Below are positions 25,494 through 39,026 of a stretch of DNA of 64,000 nt, in pieces. The notes beneath the pieces are model-generated. The model did no database searches and was not told where the DNA came from. It saw nothing but the letters and a program-made list of their open reading frames with translations. The stretch lies in assembly GCF_022045235.1 (NCBI RefSeq), contig NW_027266275.1, forward strand, positions 12,214,001 to 12,278,000, written 5' to 3'. Position 1 is the stretch's first letter. Each line of letters opens with the position of its first letter. Made by a program: the position numbers and the translations under genes. The stretch is from Haliotis cracherodii (taxonomy: Eukaryota).

Positions 25494-26591
25494 CACAATA
25501 ACCGAACGCAATAACCGAACTGCACATGTGAATCTTACTGATAAAAGACCTTTCAGAATTATTTTAGAGTTTCATTTTAGAGCATGGTATTCGCTGTGCC
25601 CTCTGCGCATGTTCGTGTCAACGAATCAGAATTCATTTGTGCGTACTAAAAATCATTTCCGTCCCCATCACACTGTCACTACAACCCGTTGTACTTTTGA
25701 TTGGTCGTCAGGGAACTCCTTTACTGTCGCTTTGATGACTTTGGCCTCACACAATCCCAGTCCCTTCTCTGTATTATAGTGAACACTTTCTTGTGAAAAC
25801 ATCTGACTGTGTACAAGCAGGCCACAACATGGACTATGCGTTGAACTGTATTTTGATATGAATATTCGGTGTTGGTCTATATTAGAAGATTGACAATGTA
25901 ATATTTAACGTTGTCATCACTCAATAATATTTATTTACAGTAGACATTCCATACAATGTTCCTATACAAAGTCTATATAATGGGGATTTCTAAGAAAGGC
26001 TGCCTGGACTATTGTCACGATTTGATTTCCAAACTGAAACGAAGAGGATAACCCAGTAACGCACTGAACTAAACTGGGAAATCGGTACATGATCACTTCT
26101 TGTACTGACATAAACGACATTACCTGCATACATGTCAACACATATTTGTACAAAAACGAAGTTGCAGAATATTTAACGATATAACAAAAACACTGTGTAT
26201 AGCGTGTCTAGTGTGCGTATATTGAAATGTGCCGATCTCTTACGTTGTTATCGGTATCATCCCAGATTCGATCCAGGAACCTACATGTACGTTTTCATCG
26301 GCTTTAATCGCTTTAGAATCACCACTAGTCGGGATATCGCAGTTGCCTCCCTTGTATGTCATGCGGAAGGGACAGGTTGGCACAGGTTAGCACAGGAGTG
26401 TACCTCGGCGAGATTTGGTTATTTCAAGGCCTCAAGGACGTACAATTAATCTCACACAGGTCACATGAAGAACTAGTATACCTGTATATTCATCGATAGT
26501 GTCAACTTACATGAGGTACATGTATGTGTTTCTTAAATTATAGATTCTGGTTTAATTTAGTTTTGTCAACTCATGAGACTTCAAACGAAGA

Positions 26592-26603
26592 GAAACCGAA
26601 AGT
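26592..26603 (+). promoter_or_regulatory. IRF-binding / ISRE-like motif upstream of B2
   Basis: GAAACCGAAAGT. Confidence 0.55.
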
Positions 26604-29328
26604 AGGAATTGTTGGACCCAAAGTTATAATGAAATGTAAAATATATAGATGTAACTTTCTTTTATTGTTATGAGTTTTATGTATCTGTGACATTCTGGTA
26701 AACAAAGCCATTTTTTTCGACTTGTAAAACTGACAAAATAAGGATATCTTGCATGTTGGCGACTTGGTATCGAATACGAACGTACAGTTATCTCCCATGT
26801 ATTGGGATTTCGGGGAGGGTGTGTGTGTGTATCTATTGACTATGAAGGAAGGATGGTGTTAATATAATTTATTCATTTATACTGACTGTTGGTGCTCATT
26901 TTAAATTATTGTCGACAATGCCACACTTGCACGAGTATATTGGCATAAATTAAGCCTGCTCATACGCATTGTCACAATAATTCATATATACAGTATTAGT
27001 TTATCTCTTCAAGGTAAATCCTGTATTGTGTGGAAAGAACCAGCTTGTTCTTTTAGCTGAGCCAGTACGTCATTACGAAACTGAGTTTAACTATATTGAG
27101 GAAAAGGTACGTTTCTTAGACGCCTTGTTTGGCATGATAGCAATATATGAGGAATAATGTGTTCCCAAAGCACTATACAGCTTTTGTAAAATCTTCAAGG
27201 TGATTTTAAAAGGATATTAAAGTCTTATCACAAGAGCGACTAAATTTGAGCGGATGGTTACAATGTGGCTGACTGGCTGCTCGTTCCCTGACGACTTGAC
27301 TCCAAGCTGTGGGTTTGCCTGGTCGACACTCGACATATACACTGTCCTTTTTGAACAACAAATTATATGTCAAACAGTAAATAGGGTTTTGTCAGCTGTT
27401 ATGAAATAATTCAGTTGAGTTAACACGAAGAATAAATCCTATTGCGATTTACAGAGAATTTACTCCCAAATCCCAAGTACCCAACGCTTATCACAGGGCG
27501 ACTATTTAAAGTTTGAACGGTGTGTTACAATGTGAGACCTGACTGACTGTGTCTCATTGTACCCTCGCGACGTGATTCGATGCTCATGATGTGAGCAGTT
27601 GGTTTGCCTGGACGACACTCCACACAATACTCATCACTATGATGAAGTTGACATGTGATGTTGTTGCGGCATCAAAACAACATTGACTTCTCCGAGACAA
27701 ACGTTTGATATCGAATAATAGACGTTTCAACATATTAAATGGTGCACTTAACATGTGAATTGTTTTGGTATTATATGTTTCTTTAAACAGTATTTCATAT
27801 GTAACAAATGTTATATTTGGGATAACACTTTGTTAGTAAAGTACAGATTCTCGTACCTTTTTGGGTTTGAGTCCCGTCCGAGATTCCCACCTACCCTTGC
27901 CAGTGTGAAGCACCTAATCACCAGCACACAAAGTCAGCGATCTAACCCACTCAGCCACTGGGGCTCCCTCAAAAATGAAAGTCCGACGACTGGTTGTCTA
28001 GATCACGTACTTTGAGTACCCATCTGACATGTGTAAATTGGCACAGCTCCCATGGCCGAAAGCTATGAATACACAATGCCATTTAGAAAGTGGTCAAATG
28101 TAACAAATATTATATTTGGGATAACACTTTCTCAGTAGGTACAGATTCTCGTACCTTTGTGGGTTGAGTCCCATCCGGGATTCGAGCCCACACTTGCCAG
28201 AGTGAGGCACCTAATCGCCAGCACACAAAGTCAGCGATCTAACCCACTCAGACACCGAGGCTTCCACAACAATGAAAGTCCGACAACAGGCAGTCTGTTT
28301 GAGCTCCGACGTCCATTATCAGGATATATACGGCAGCATGTTTCAGCCTGATTTCGACTCAGTTTGTCGGCAGTGTTGAACTTATACCCCTCTTGTATGC
28401 ATGCATTCACATATTTGGAATAACAAGGTATACATGCCACTCGATTGTGTCTTCACATGTAGGTGAATATACCGTACTTTTGTAAAGTTAGAACCGTCAA
28501 GTAAGTTTTATAAATGTTGGTACACACTTTTGCAAACTGGAATTTGCATTTATACATTTACACGTATGTGAAAATATACAGATGTGTGCAAATGCACGTA
28601 GATTTGCGTGGGTTTCATGCGAATCACCATGTAGCCATATCAGATATTCATCGGAATAAGTTGTTTCTAATAGGAGCCTATGTTTGTTCGAATGCACTGG
28701 GTATAGGGAAGTAACTCGGTTTTAGTTGTGACGTCTGTCAGCTGTCAATACGGCTAGCCTGTACGCATGAATGCCGACAAGATAAATTCATTATCAACCG
28801 ATCCATCGGTACATAAAAGCGACAAAGACCTCTCCACAGCCACAAGAGATCTCTTCCAAAAGCAAATACAATTCCGACTGTATCATGAGCATGAGTCTAT
28901 GAAGCACTATAAAATACTGATGATACCAGTGTTCGCGAAAAGCTGAGAGTATCCTGCCCCACCGGTGGTATCCATTACAAATACATGCAAAGTCAAGTCA
29001 GTTGTTTACCCTAAAACACAGGAGAACATATGGTAAAGTCAAAAAAGGGAATTGCATCGGACATGTTTGTCACGGATGCGTCCAATTTGGAAATGTCCTC
29101 CGCATGTACACCATAAGACTTCTTGGAAGCTCTATTGAAGCCCTGAATGATGTAACCAGAGTCATTATAAAGAGGAAGGGTAAAAGTATATTTGCAGCTG
29201 TGTGTACATATTAAAACGATATATATATATTATGGTTGTAAAACGATACGAATCAAGCTCAGTCATATCATTATTGTTTTGAAGAAAATGAAATGCATAA
29301 ATCATTAAACTATGAATGCATTTAATAG

Positions 29329-31033
29329 ATGGCTACCCGGAACGAAAACAAAATCAAGGATAATTTCCTGACGTGCTCCATCTGCTTCGAGACGTACACA
29401 GACCCCTGTACACTGACCTGCCACCACACCTTCTGTCAGAGATGTATCACCAAGTACATCCAAACCAGACCAGATTCTGTACAGTCCAAGACGATCCCCT
29501 GTGCCTGCTGTGGACAAGATACCATGGTCCCCCACCCCAGCAGGCCAGTGGAGGAGTGGGCGGGGCAGATCAAACCCAGCATCATTCTACAGAAGTTGAC
29601 AAACAAACCAGGTAAAGTGGAAACGTTCTAAATGTTGAACCTATTTTATTATTTATATTAATACGTCTTGTTTGATTAAAACGTAGAATATAAAAATTAA
29701 ATGTACTTAAAAGAATATTTGTTGATTTGAGAAATCTATATTACTTACCAAAGATGTTTACAAAATATGCCATGAATAGTGAGTGAAAACAGGTATATAA
29801 AACATATTAGAATTTCAGAAGGCTGTTATGTTTAGACAATAACATGTATCAACGAGAACAGAAATGTCTACCCCGTAAGTTACAGGTTGATTAACGTTGA
29901 GGCCTGGCATGTAAGTTGTAACTACTGTTTGATTTACTGGTTTGTTTACGTCTATGCTGTTACATTCTGTCTGAGTATTAAACACTAAAGACATTTTATA
30001 TTAACTGAAATAGATTTCAATTATCATGGGACGATACTCACATCATTCTATGTTTTCAGTGTTAACAAACAATTGCTGCACAATCTGTCAGCAACTAGGG
30101 GAGATAACTGCAGGAGTCTTGAGGTGTCCTGAATGCGAAGTAGACCTCTGTGAAAGATGCGTGAAGATACATTGGGTGAGCCCTATGTCAAGTAACCATG
30201 ACCTCTTTGACCTGCAAACCAGAGATAAGGAGGGAGAGTGTAAAAGCGACAAGCCGATTCCACAGAGGGAGACAGCTGACCACAATAACCAAGGTAAAGG
30301 CAATCAGAAGGCACCACTGCTGGTCAACACAATTGATACCTATCGGATCAGTGGCAAAATGTCCTTCAATATCCGTGACGTCGCAGTCCTGGATGTTGAC
30401 GGTGTACAGACAGTTGTAGTCACTGATGGGGACAATCACTGCATAACATCGTTCTACACCAGAAAAAAGACGTCACGTTTCAGTACGGGTCGTGTGAAAC
30501 AATCTCCATGGGGTGTAACACAGCTGAAAGAGAAGCAAGTACTGGTTGCTGTCCCCGAATCATGTGAGATTGTAACAGTGGGTGTCAGCCCTGGCCTGGC
30601 GCGGCTATCAACCATCACAACACGTACTGGGTACTACAGTCTCGCTGTTCTGAGTCCTTCATCTCTAGCAGCAAGTACAGACTATTGTGTTGATATCCTG
30701 GATATGTCGGGGCTCGTGTTGAGGTCAGTTAACGCATACAACAATATGCGACTATTTACCTACCCCGACTACATATGTGTCAACAACAAGGGCAACATAC
30801 TCGTGTCTGACTGGGGGGAGAAGTCTGTGACATGTCTAACATCAGAGGGGGATGTTGTGTGGAGATACGTCCCTACCGGAGACAGAGTACTCGGTGTTCC
30901 TCATGGAATTTCCACTGCCAGGACGGGAGACATACTGCTGGTGGACAGTAATTCCAACAAGGTCATACAACTGACAGAGACGGGAGTGTTTGTCAGAGAC
31001 CTGCTCACGTCAGACGGTAACTGTCTGGAATGA
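29329..31033 (+). CDS. TRIM-like gene B2, join(29329..29611,30060..31033); C-terminal frameshift, possible pseudogene
   Basis: Copy of B1 at offset 23153. A 1-bp deletion near 31021 (AAC GTG TCT in B1, AAC TGT CTG GAA TGA here) replaces the last 31 aa with CLE. Confidence 0.8.
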
Positions 31034-34000
31034 AGAGTATTTTCTGTCATACACGCGAATCCTTCTTTATCTGTTGTAATGCTGAAGTGAAGGAGTACAA
31101 ATGTAGTCAATACTAATTCGATCGTGCTACAAGAGAGATCAAGACAACGGACACAAAACCAGGTTTTGTCGAGATCCAGTACCAAGTAGTATGATAAGTA
31201 TCCGCTCAACAAACCAAGTCCTCAACAGGATTGTGGACGATAACAATAGTGATTAGTGTCAGAGTATAAAACGAAAACTATTGAAACTCACAAAGTACAT
31301 CTTCCATGTCACAACGTTTAGCTTACTAAATATATATATACAATTACTCTCTGTAAAATAGTAGTATATGAAGCATAAATAAAGATGACACTACAATTCC
31401 GACACAACCCATAATGGTATTGCAGTGTTGGAGGACTGTTGTGAGAGACATGATGTTATTTCTTCAGGGCATGCAATTTTGTTGGGAAAGGAGAATCCGA
31501 ACAATTTATTTTTTCACAATGCTTTTTTTTTCAGGACAGACCGAGAACAATTTTTTGTGATAAAATCTGATAAATAATTACTTCTTTAACATTTATTCAA
31601 ATGGTTCAAGAATTTGTCTTCAAAATGCATCTTCTTTTTCTTTGTTTCTGAATAACCATGTCGTTTTATTTGTCATAATAGGCTGCGAGGTCGTTATGCG
31701 TAATAACCACATCATTGATAATTATTGGTTTTATACTATGTCCATGCACGCAAGTCGCAAATTGTTTGCCTGGCTTCATTATCTGTATGTTATTTACCTG
31801 TGTTTATCATCTATGTAGTAGTTACCTGTATTCATCATCTTTGTAGTATTTACCTGTATCCATCTTCTGTGTACTACCTATATTCTCTATCTTACCTGGC
31901 TTTGTCATATATGTAGTATGTGTCTAACTTCGTCATATATATATATGTGAAAATGTGACATATGATATATTTTATAAATAAAGTGGACACAAATATTCGT
32001 ACCAACCATTTGATATTCTTTGAGTGTTCATTCAGACGTTTCATTTTCAAAAAAAACCATTTTAGCTCTTTTCATTAAATATTTAGTAATCGTCAAGGTT
32101 TACCTGTTGTCCTCGTATAATTATGCAACATTTACCTGGCTTAATTGTGTATGTGTGTCTCATTTATCAAATGAGGCGTGTTGTCTTCTGATGGAGACAG
32201 TGGCACAACGTTCATGTCTAATTGTGGTACTAATAGTTAGTGTATTTCCGGAACAACCGAATGAATGGTTACAGGCGCCGTCATGCTCACCATGTAACAG
32301 AATGGTAGATTTTGTAAAACCTTTTAGCCTTTGTCACTCCAATATGTTGATTGTGTAATTGCCGTTAGGCGTTTCCGTTTTCTTAATTTAATCATATATC
32401 TTTCTTCAATGAAATGGCTGTCACTGCATGTTATTGTATAACTGTCTCTGGTACTGCTGCTTCCTTCCATACACCTTTGCCACACCTGACGGTAATCGCA
32501 CAACAGTGACGTGAATGGTGACACACACACGCATGACATTGGTTTAGTGACAGCATTCAGTACTGCTTCAAAAATATTTTCCTTCTCCACTGAAAGTTAT
32601 ATAGTGTCAGGTGTGAGTGAAGAGGGTATTCGGCAAGATTTTATCAACATAATCTAGCAATCCAAGGATCAACATTATCATTGAAATTATTATTGAGATA
32701 ACTCATAAGCGATCTTGTTCCATTGTGTGTATGGGGCGGTGGGGTGAAATCGGGTTAACGTCTAGTTCAAGGTTTGTTCACCTATACAGCCACGAGCATT
32801 GTCCTGTGTCCATTAACTAGTCCAGATTTATGTTGGTTTTATAGTGCTAGCCCACTGAGGCTACCATGCCTCAGTTTAACATGTACACCACCATATTATA
32901 TTCACTCCGAGCCAGCCAGTCCTTGATTTAACCTCTTAATGTCACGCAGTTTAACCACCCCACTGAGACATATTAAATTAACCCCGAGGCAGCCACTCCT
33001 TTTTGTATGACGCGGAAGGGGATCGAACTACCGACCTTTCGCTCTCCAAGCAGATGCTCTACTCACCAGACCACGGAGGCAGTTCAAGGCGTGTATACAA
33101 TGAAGGACATAAGGGCGTGCATCTAAGGCAGTGAGGAGACATGTGTAGGCGTTCTGTATAAAAAGGCTTGGCTTGGTCTATTTGAAATTCTTATCAAGTT
33201 TGGTTTGCATTTGTTAACTGAAAGTTTCTTATTCTTATCAGTGTACAATTCACATATGATAATACATACTTAAACAGTTTGTCTTTCCTTCACACAAACA
33301 CTTAATAGGTCTATACCGAAAGGACGAAATGTTGTTTCCTTTACTGATTGATTTCAGAATTGAAGATCGACTGCACAGAACCATGACAAATGAGGTGAGG
33401 TGAGGTGAGGTGGAATTGGGCTTAACGTCACGTCCAAGATTATTGCACTTATATAGCGACGTGCATGCGTGCGCGTGTGCGAGTGCGCGTGCGCATGTGC
33501 GTGTGTGTGTGTGTGTGTGTGGCTTGCTACTTGTACTAGTCCGGACCGATGCCGATCTACAGTGCTAGCTCACTGAGATACCATGCCACAGTTTAACATG
33601 AATACCCCACTCAGACACAGTATACTGACTCCGAGCCGACCAGTCCTTGTTTTAGCCCCTTAATGCCGAGCGCCAAACAGGGTAACAACAAGTACCATCT
33701 TTTAATGTCTTTTGGTATGGCGCGGCCGGTGTTCGAACCCCGGACCTTCCACGCTCCGCTTATAGTGTGCTGGGCGTATTTCCAACGCTTTCGATAACCA
33801 GTGAAGGTTCTATAAATTATTTACATCGTTGAACATGCATGACCGGTTTAAGCTCTAAATCCGTATAAATCTATGTTTCGATTTTAAAATGTTCAGATGT
33901 CAAGCCATTTGTTGGTCTGTTGTGATATTATAGCCAATAAATTCAAAATGTCAACGCAAGAAAAAATACTTGAATAGTCTTGATTATCTGCCGAAACAGA

Positions 34001-35988
34001 TTCCACAGGGCGTAAGAGGCAAAATAGTGACCCATAGTATTGGTAACATCGTGCATCATGTTGACAAGCTGGCTCTGAAACTTTGATATCGTTAAGGGTT
34101 TCAACACAATCCTAAACCTGTAAAAGTTATTCAATATCCCACACACTTCTGTATTCTGTGCATATTCAAAGCGAAACCGCATTGTGCACATACTTCCATT
34201 CCATGTTTAAACTTAATGATCGCTGTGTGACGAATATTCACTTTTATACTATGTTATCTGTCTAGCTATTTGTTATCATGTAGTAATTACTTTAAACACG
34301 GTTGTACAATTATTTTTGATATATTACTCCAACGCCAGGAATCAATGAGTCTCGACTTTATGGCGAATATACCCTCATTTGGGGTAAAAGACAAAATAAG
34401 AGTGACAATTACATGAATGAATCACTGCAAATCAGTGATGACACAAGGTGCTCACGAAAAGGCAACCTGGACCTGCAGGTTTGGTACAAGCTCCGATTAA
34501 AGGGACTTCGTTTTAAGAGTATTTGGGAGTGAAGTCGTGGTTAATGTACGGATAATATAGGGATTACGTACGGATAATGCACGGTGAACGCACGGATAAT
34601 GCACAATTACTGTAAGAATGATGCCACGCAACGCAATAACCGAACAGCACAGGTGAATCTTACTGATGAAAGCCATTTACAGAATCATTTTAGAGCATGG
34701 TATTCGCTGTGCCCTCTGCGCATGTTCGTGTCAACGAATCAGGATTCATTCGTACGAACTAAAAATGTCAGTATACAAAAGAGATCAAATCCTTTCCGTC
34801 TCCACGATACTGTTTCCACACACACCCCGTTGTACTTGTGAACGGTAACTTTTACTGCCGCTTTGATGACTTTGGCCTCACACAATCCCAGTCCCTACTC
34901 CTCTCCATACTATGCAATGCCACATACCCAGACATATATACATACAACATAACACCAATATTTACAATGGCCCGGTCGCAGTGTCGACACACGGCAGTTT
35001 ATTAACAGCCAACTCCAACTCCTCTCATGAACATATCTACACTCCCATAATACATCATGATATAGGGAACTGTTGCCCGACACGTAATCCAGAGATCAAA
35101 AACAACATTTAAGAGAAAATTGCTCTCGACCATGTTCTCCCAACGAAGTCAACATTCCCTTTCTGGGGAGTTTACAGAATATCTATTTGATGTACATAAA
35201 CCTTATGAGGTATACAGTGTTATGACTTAAAATGAGCATGTTAGCAAGGTATACTGACTTCCGCCAATTACATAATGGAATATACATTCATTACACTCGT
35301 ACTATAAAAGGCTCGCCAGCCTACTCCATCACCGATTATACATTAAGGCCATAATTCTTGCACGTATTATAATGACTCATCTGCCCTATCCATAACGGAA
35401 TATACATTTACATCATATATTCCATGAGGGTATTATGACGGCTCGCCAGCCTAACTTCCAAGACTGACTGGATTACAAATAACTTTTTCACGTATTATGA
35501 CGACTCATAATGGGGTGTCAAGGTACATATATAAACCAACCCGATAGGGGCGGAACTGCTCAATGAAATTTCCCACACTTCACCTCTTCCCCGATCGCAC
35601 AATCCTTCTTGTCAGAATTGAAATTCTGCAAACAGAAACATACATAAATATTTTGTTCAATCATACATATTAATAATGAATTACAATAACTTATGTTCAG
35701 TGTTACTGCCGTGCTGACAAGCGAGAGAGACGAGCTACTTTCCACTCCCCTTATTTATACCCGTAACATACCCAGGCTAATTATCTCCCTTAGCCATTGC
35801 ATACCGCTAAGGAGAAAGCAGTTTCTTTCTTATTCATAATGGACTCAACCGAGAGAAACATCATTTCTCCTGTCCATACTATGCAATGCCACATACCCAG
35901 ACATATATACATACAACATAACACCAATATTTACAATGGCCAGGTCGCAGTGTCGACACGGGCAGAGACTCAAAGAAAGTCTATAGCC

Positions 35989-36927
35989 CTAGAGACAGGG
36001 AAACGACAATCGTCTCTGAAGATGATCTTTTATGTAACCGTCCTTGGCATTTTCACCTCTCCAACGTCCGTGTCTTTTAAACATTCGATCTGGTACGCCG
36101 TTGTTTGCCGCCTCTGACGCCCCACCACTACGCAAGCTATTAAGTTCATAACGTTTGATGTTGCACACAAATGGCATAAAAGCATCTATAAACAATTCTC
36201 TAAAGATATATTCATCAGAATGAGTCAATATTCCGGATAAGGCAAAGTATTTTTCCGTAACTTGTAACGGGACATAATTTTGAATTTGTCCTCCCAATGA
36301 CAAGCCATGAACCATCTCTGTATATGTCCGTTTTTGATTGTTCAATAAATAACATTATATGACTCTCATAAAAGACAATGTCAGATCGTCTAATGTGTAA
36401 TAGTTCTGCAGATCTCATGAATCCTGAATATGCTACAAGGCACATACACATAATCCTTACATTACAAAGTGTAGGATTAAGTATTGCTACATCAACTAAT
36501 TTCTAATAATCGGCTCCTTTTTATTAACACATTTGGCCAATCTTCTTTTTGCCGCTTCTACAACATTTTTGCATAAACCATTCTCAGTCGGGCTTTGCAA
36601 TCCTACTATCACATGAGCATGGCGAATACTATAAAACGCAGTTAGCACAGGGGCAAACGATTCACTCCGCTGAACAACAGACAGCGAATATAATGCGCAG
36701 TGCAAAGGTGAATTCGGTAAACTCGTAGCCATTAAACAAGAATGTGCAGACCGTTTCCACGCATCAAAACCTGTAAATCTGTATTTCCTAGCAGTGGAAT
36801 CTGCTATACAATTCGTCAGCAGATCAGGCAAACCCGCTGCCAGCCTCCTCACACCAGGAGGTAACGCCTTTAACTCCTCTCCATAAGCGCAACTTATCAC
36901 GTCCGTAAACAGAAATTGCACATTCAA
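35989..36927 (-). pseudogene. DIRS tyrosine recombinase (fragmented)
   Basis: YSGFMRSAEL (catalytic R), NSLRSGGAS (canonical HSLR), HGRW, DGY; split over three frames. Confidence 0.88.
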
Positions 36928-37144
36928 CGTATGCTGAAATCAACACACAGAGTTCGCATATTAAACAGCAAATCTTGTTCTCCAAACAATCCACCTCCAA
37001 TCCTAGACGGTACATAAGCTTGTTTAGATTTTTGCAAATACATGTGTTCTATCACCTGTGGAATAAACGAAGAATTGCGAGTGATAAGCGGAAAAGCATG
37101 CGGAATGTCATTCGGGCACAACCATGGTGCCTTTAGTACAACAT

Positions 37145-39026
37145 TCAGACATGTGTCTTAAGGTTCTTGGTACCATAGTTAGAGTTAGAGTACCTAGAAT
37201 TAAAACATGGCAAATTAGCATTGTACCAAGATGCAAATCTATCTACATCGTGAGGACCCCATCTGGCATCTATATGCTTAAATATGTGATTCGAAATGGA
37301 CCAATAATCGAAATCAACAATTTTACTCAACCTATCTGCGGTCTCATTCTCTGAACGCGGGATCTACTGCATATTCAGATTAACTTTTTGACTTGAACAC
37401 AACTCAAAAAAGTCCTTAACTATTCTTTGTAATTGCGGTTTCATACTACCCTTATCCACTATGGTAACCACATTTTGATTGTCAGTACACCACAATATTC
37501 TACGATATTCTACGAGAAAAACGGCCTTGAGTTCTTCCCATGTTGAACTATTTTTAGCCTCCTCCTCCTCCGACCACTGACCATGGGAATAAGCAGCATC
37601 CATTTCAACACAATACCCTCCATATCCGGTATCACTGGCGTTACTGTACACAACTCGACTCACAACTGTAGTCCTTATCAGTACTCTTCTCGATAAACGA
37701 GCAATGTTTTCTCTCCAATACTGTAACTGTTCAATGCTCTGTGACGACAACAAAACGTTGCTGTTCCACGATGACGCTGTCAAAACATCAATGCTGAAAA
37801 ACCTAGTCATTAATTGTACAACATTTCCCATAACTAGTTTCATTGCAATGATTTGTCCGATAATCGCAGCAACACGCCACACTGGTTGATAAGAGCGCCT
37901 ATTCACTAAAATAAATGTAATCGTTTCAGTCGCCTTATCTAACTTCCTCTGAGGAACATTTCAACACAGGGTGTTTGTATCCATGTGATGACCTAGCCAC
38001 TCAATAGACTGCGAAGGTAACCATAGTGATTTTTCGCATTTGGGTACAAATCCAGACTTGATCAAGTCTTCTTTTAAACCCTCGCCAGACGAACGTGTAA
38101 TAAGTTGCGATTGAGCTGATAAAATACTGTCATCTAAAAAGGTGACCACTTTCTTCCCTTTAGAACGCCATTTCTTGACTAACTGGCATGTAACCTTAGT
38201 AAACACATAAGGTGCTGAAGTTAACCCGAAAGGTAAGACTACGAACTTGAAATATTGCTTCACACCCGAAGCATTTTTCCATGAAAAACCTAGGAATTCA
38301 GTATGGCCTTCAAACATGTCTATATGATGATATGCTGAATGTATCAAATTTTATCAACCAATCGTTGACATCAATATGTTCAAGTGCAGTTTTCCAAATG
38401 TCATATTTGATTGACTTTTTGCTAACGTAATTGTTAACTCTGGACAGATCTAAAATCAAACGCTTTTTCCCTGACGACTGTATAGACACTGATAGAGGGT
38501 TAACGATGTACGGTGGAGACTCACATTTAATAATTAATTGTTTCTTATGCAATTCTAAAATAGCTTGGTTAACAAACTCTGCATGTCTCAACGCCGACCT
38601 GTTATTTCTTAACTCCATCTTTGAAGGCCTGGAAATAAAAGGACTTTTATATCCATTGTCTATAATATCAATTATGAATTTCTTGTCATCATCCGAATCA
38701 TCTGCTAACTCATTGGAAACATAATGTTTAACGGCCTCCCAACCGCCTTCCGACAAATCTGCAATTTTTATCAGCTTATTTCTTTTCTCTAATTTTCCGA
38801 TAGCTTCTTCCACACACCTTGACATATCATCATAATTCCCATTTTGAATGGCTTGTCTGGTATTAAGTAAGTCTTCTAAAACTTCCGAATTAACATTAAA
38901 CTGAATTCGATTTCCTTCCCTTGACCAAGAATATTCTGTTTCAGTCTTAAACTTCTTCAAACCTTTGCCTTGCTGAATAAATTCTTCTCTTAGGTGGGAA
39001 TTTTTTTCCCTCCACAGCACTCTCAA
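37145..39026 (-). pseudogene. DIRS gag / RT / RNase H / methyltransferase-like fragments
   Basis: gag-like KRNKLIKIADLSEGGWEAVKHYVSNELADDSDD; RT NPLSV..KKRLILDLS, AYHH, LPFGLTSAP, FLDD; RNase H SNASDTGYGG, SSTWEELKAV, TDNQNVV; MT-like WGPHDVDRFAS..NLPCFNSR. Several frameshifts. Confidence 0.88.
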
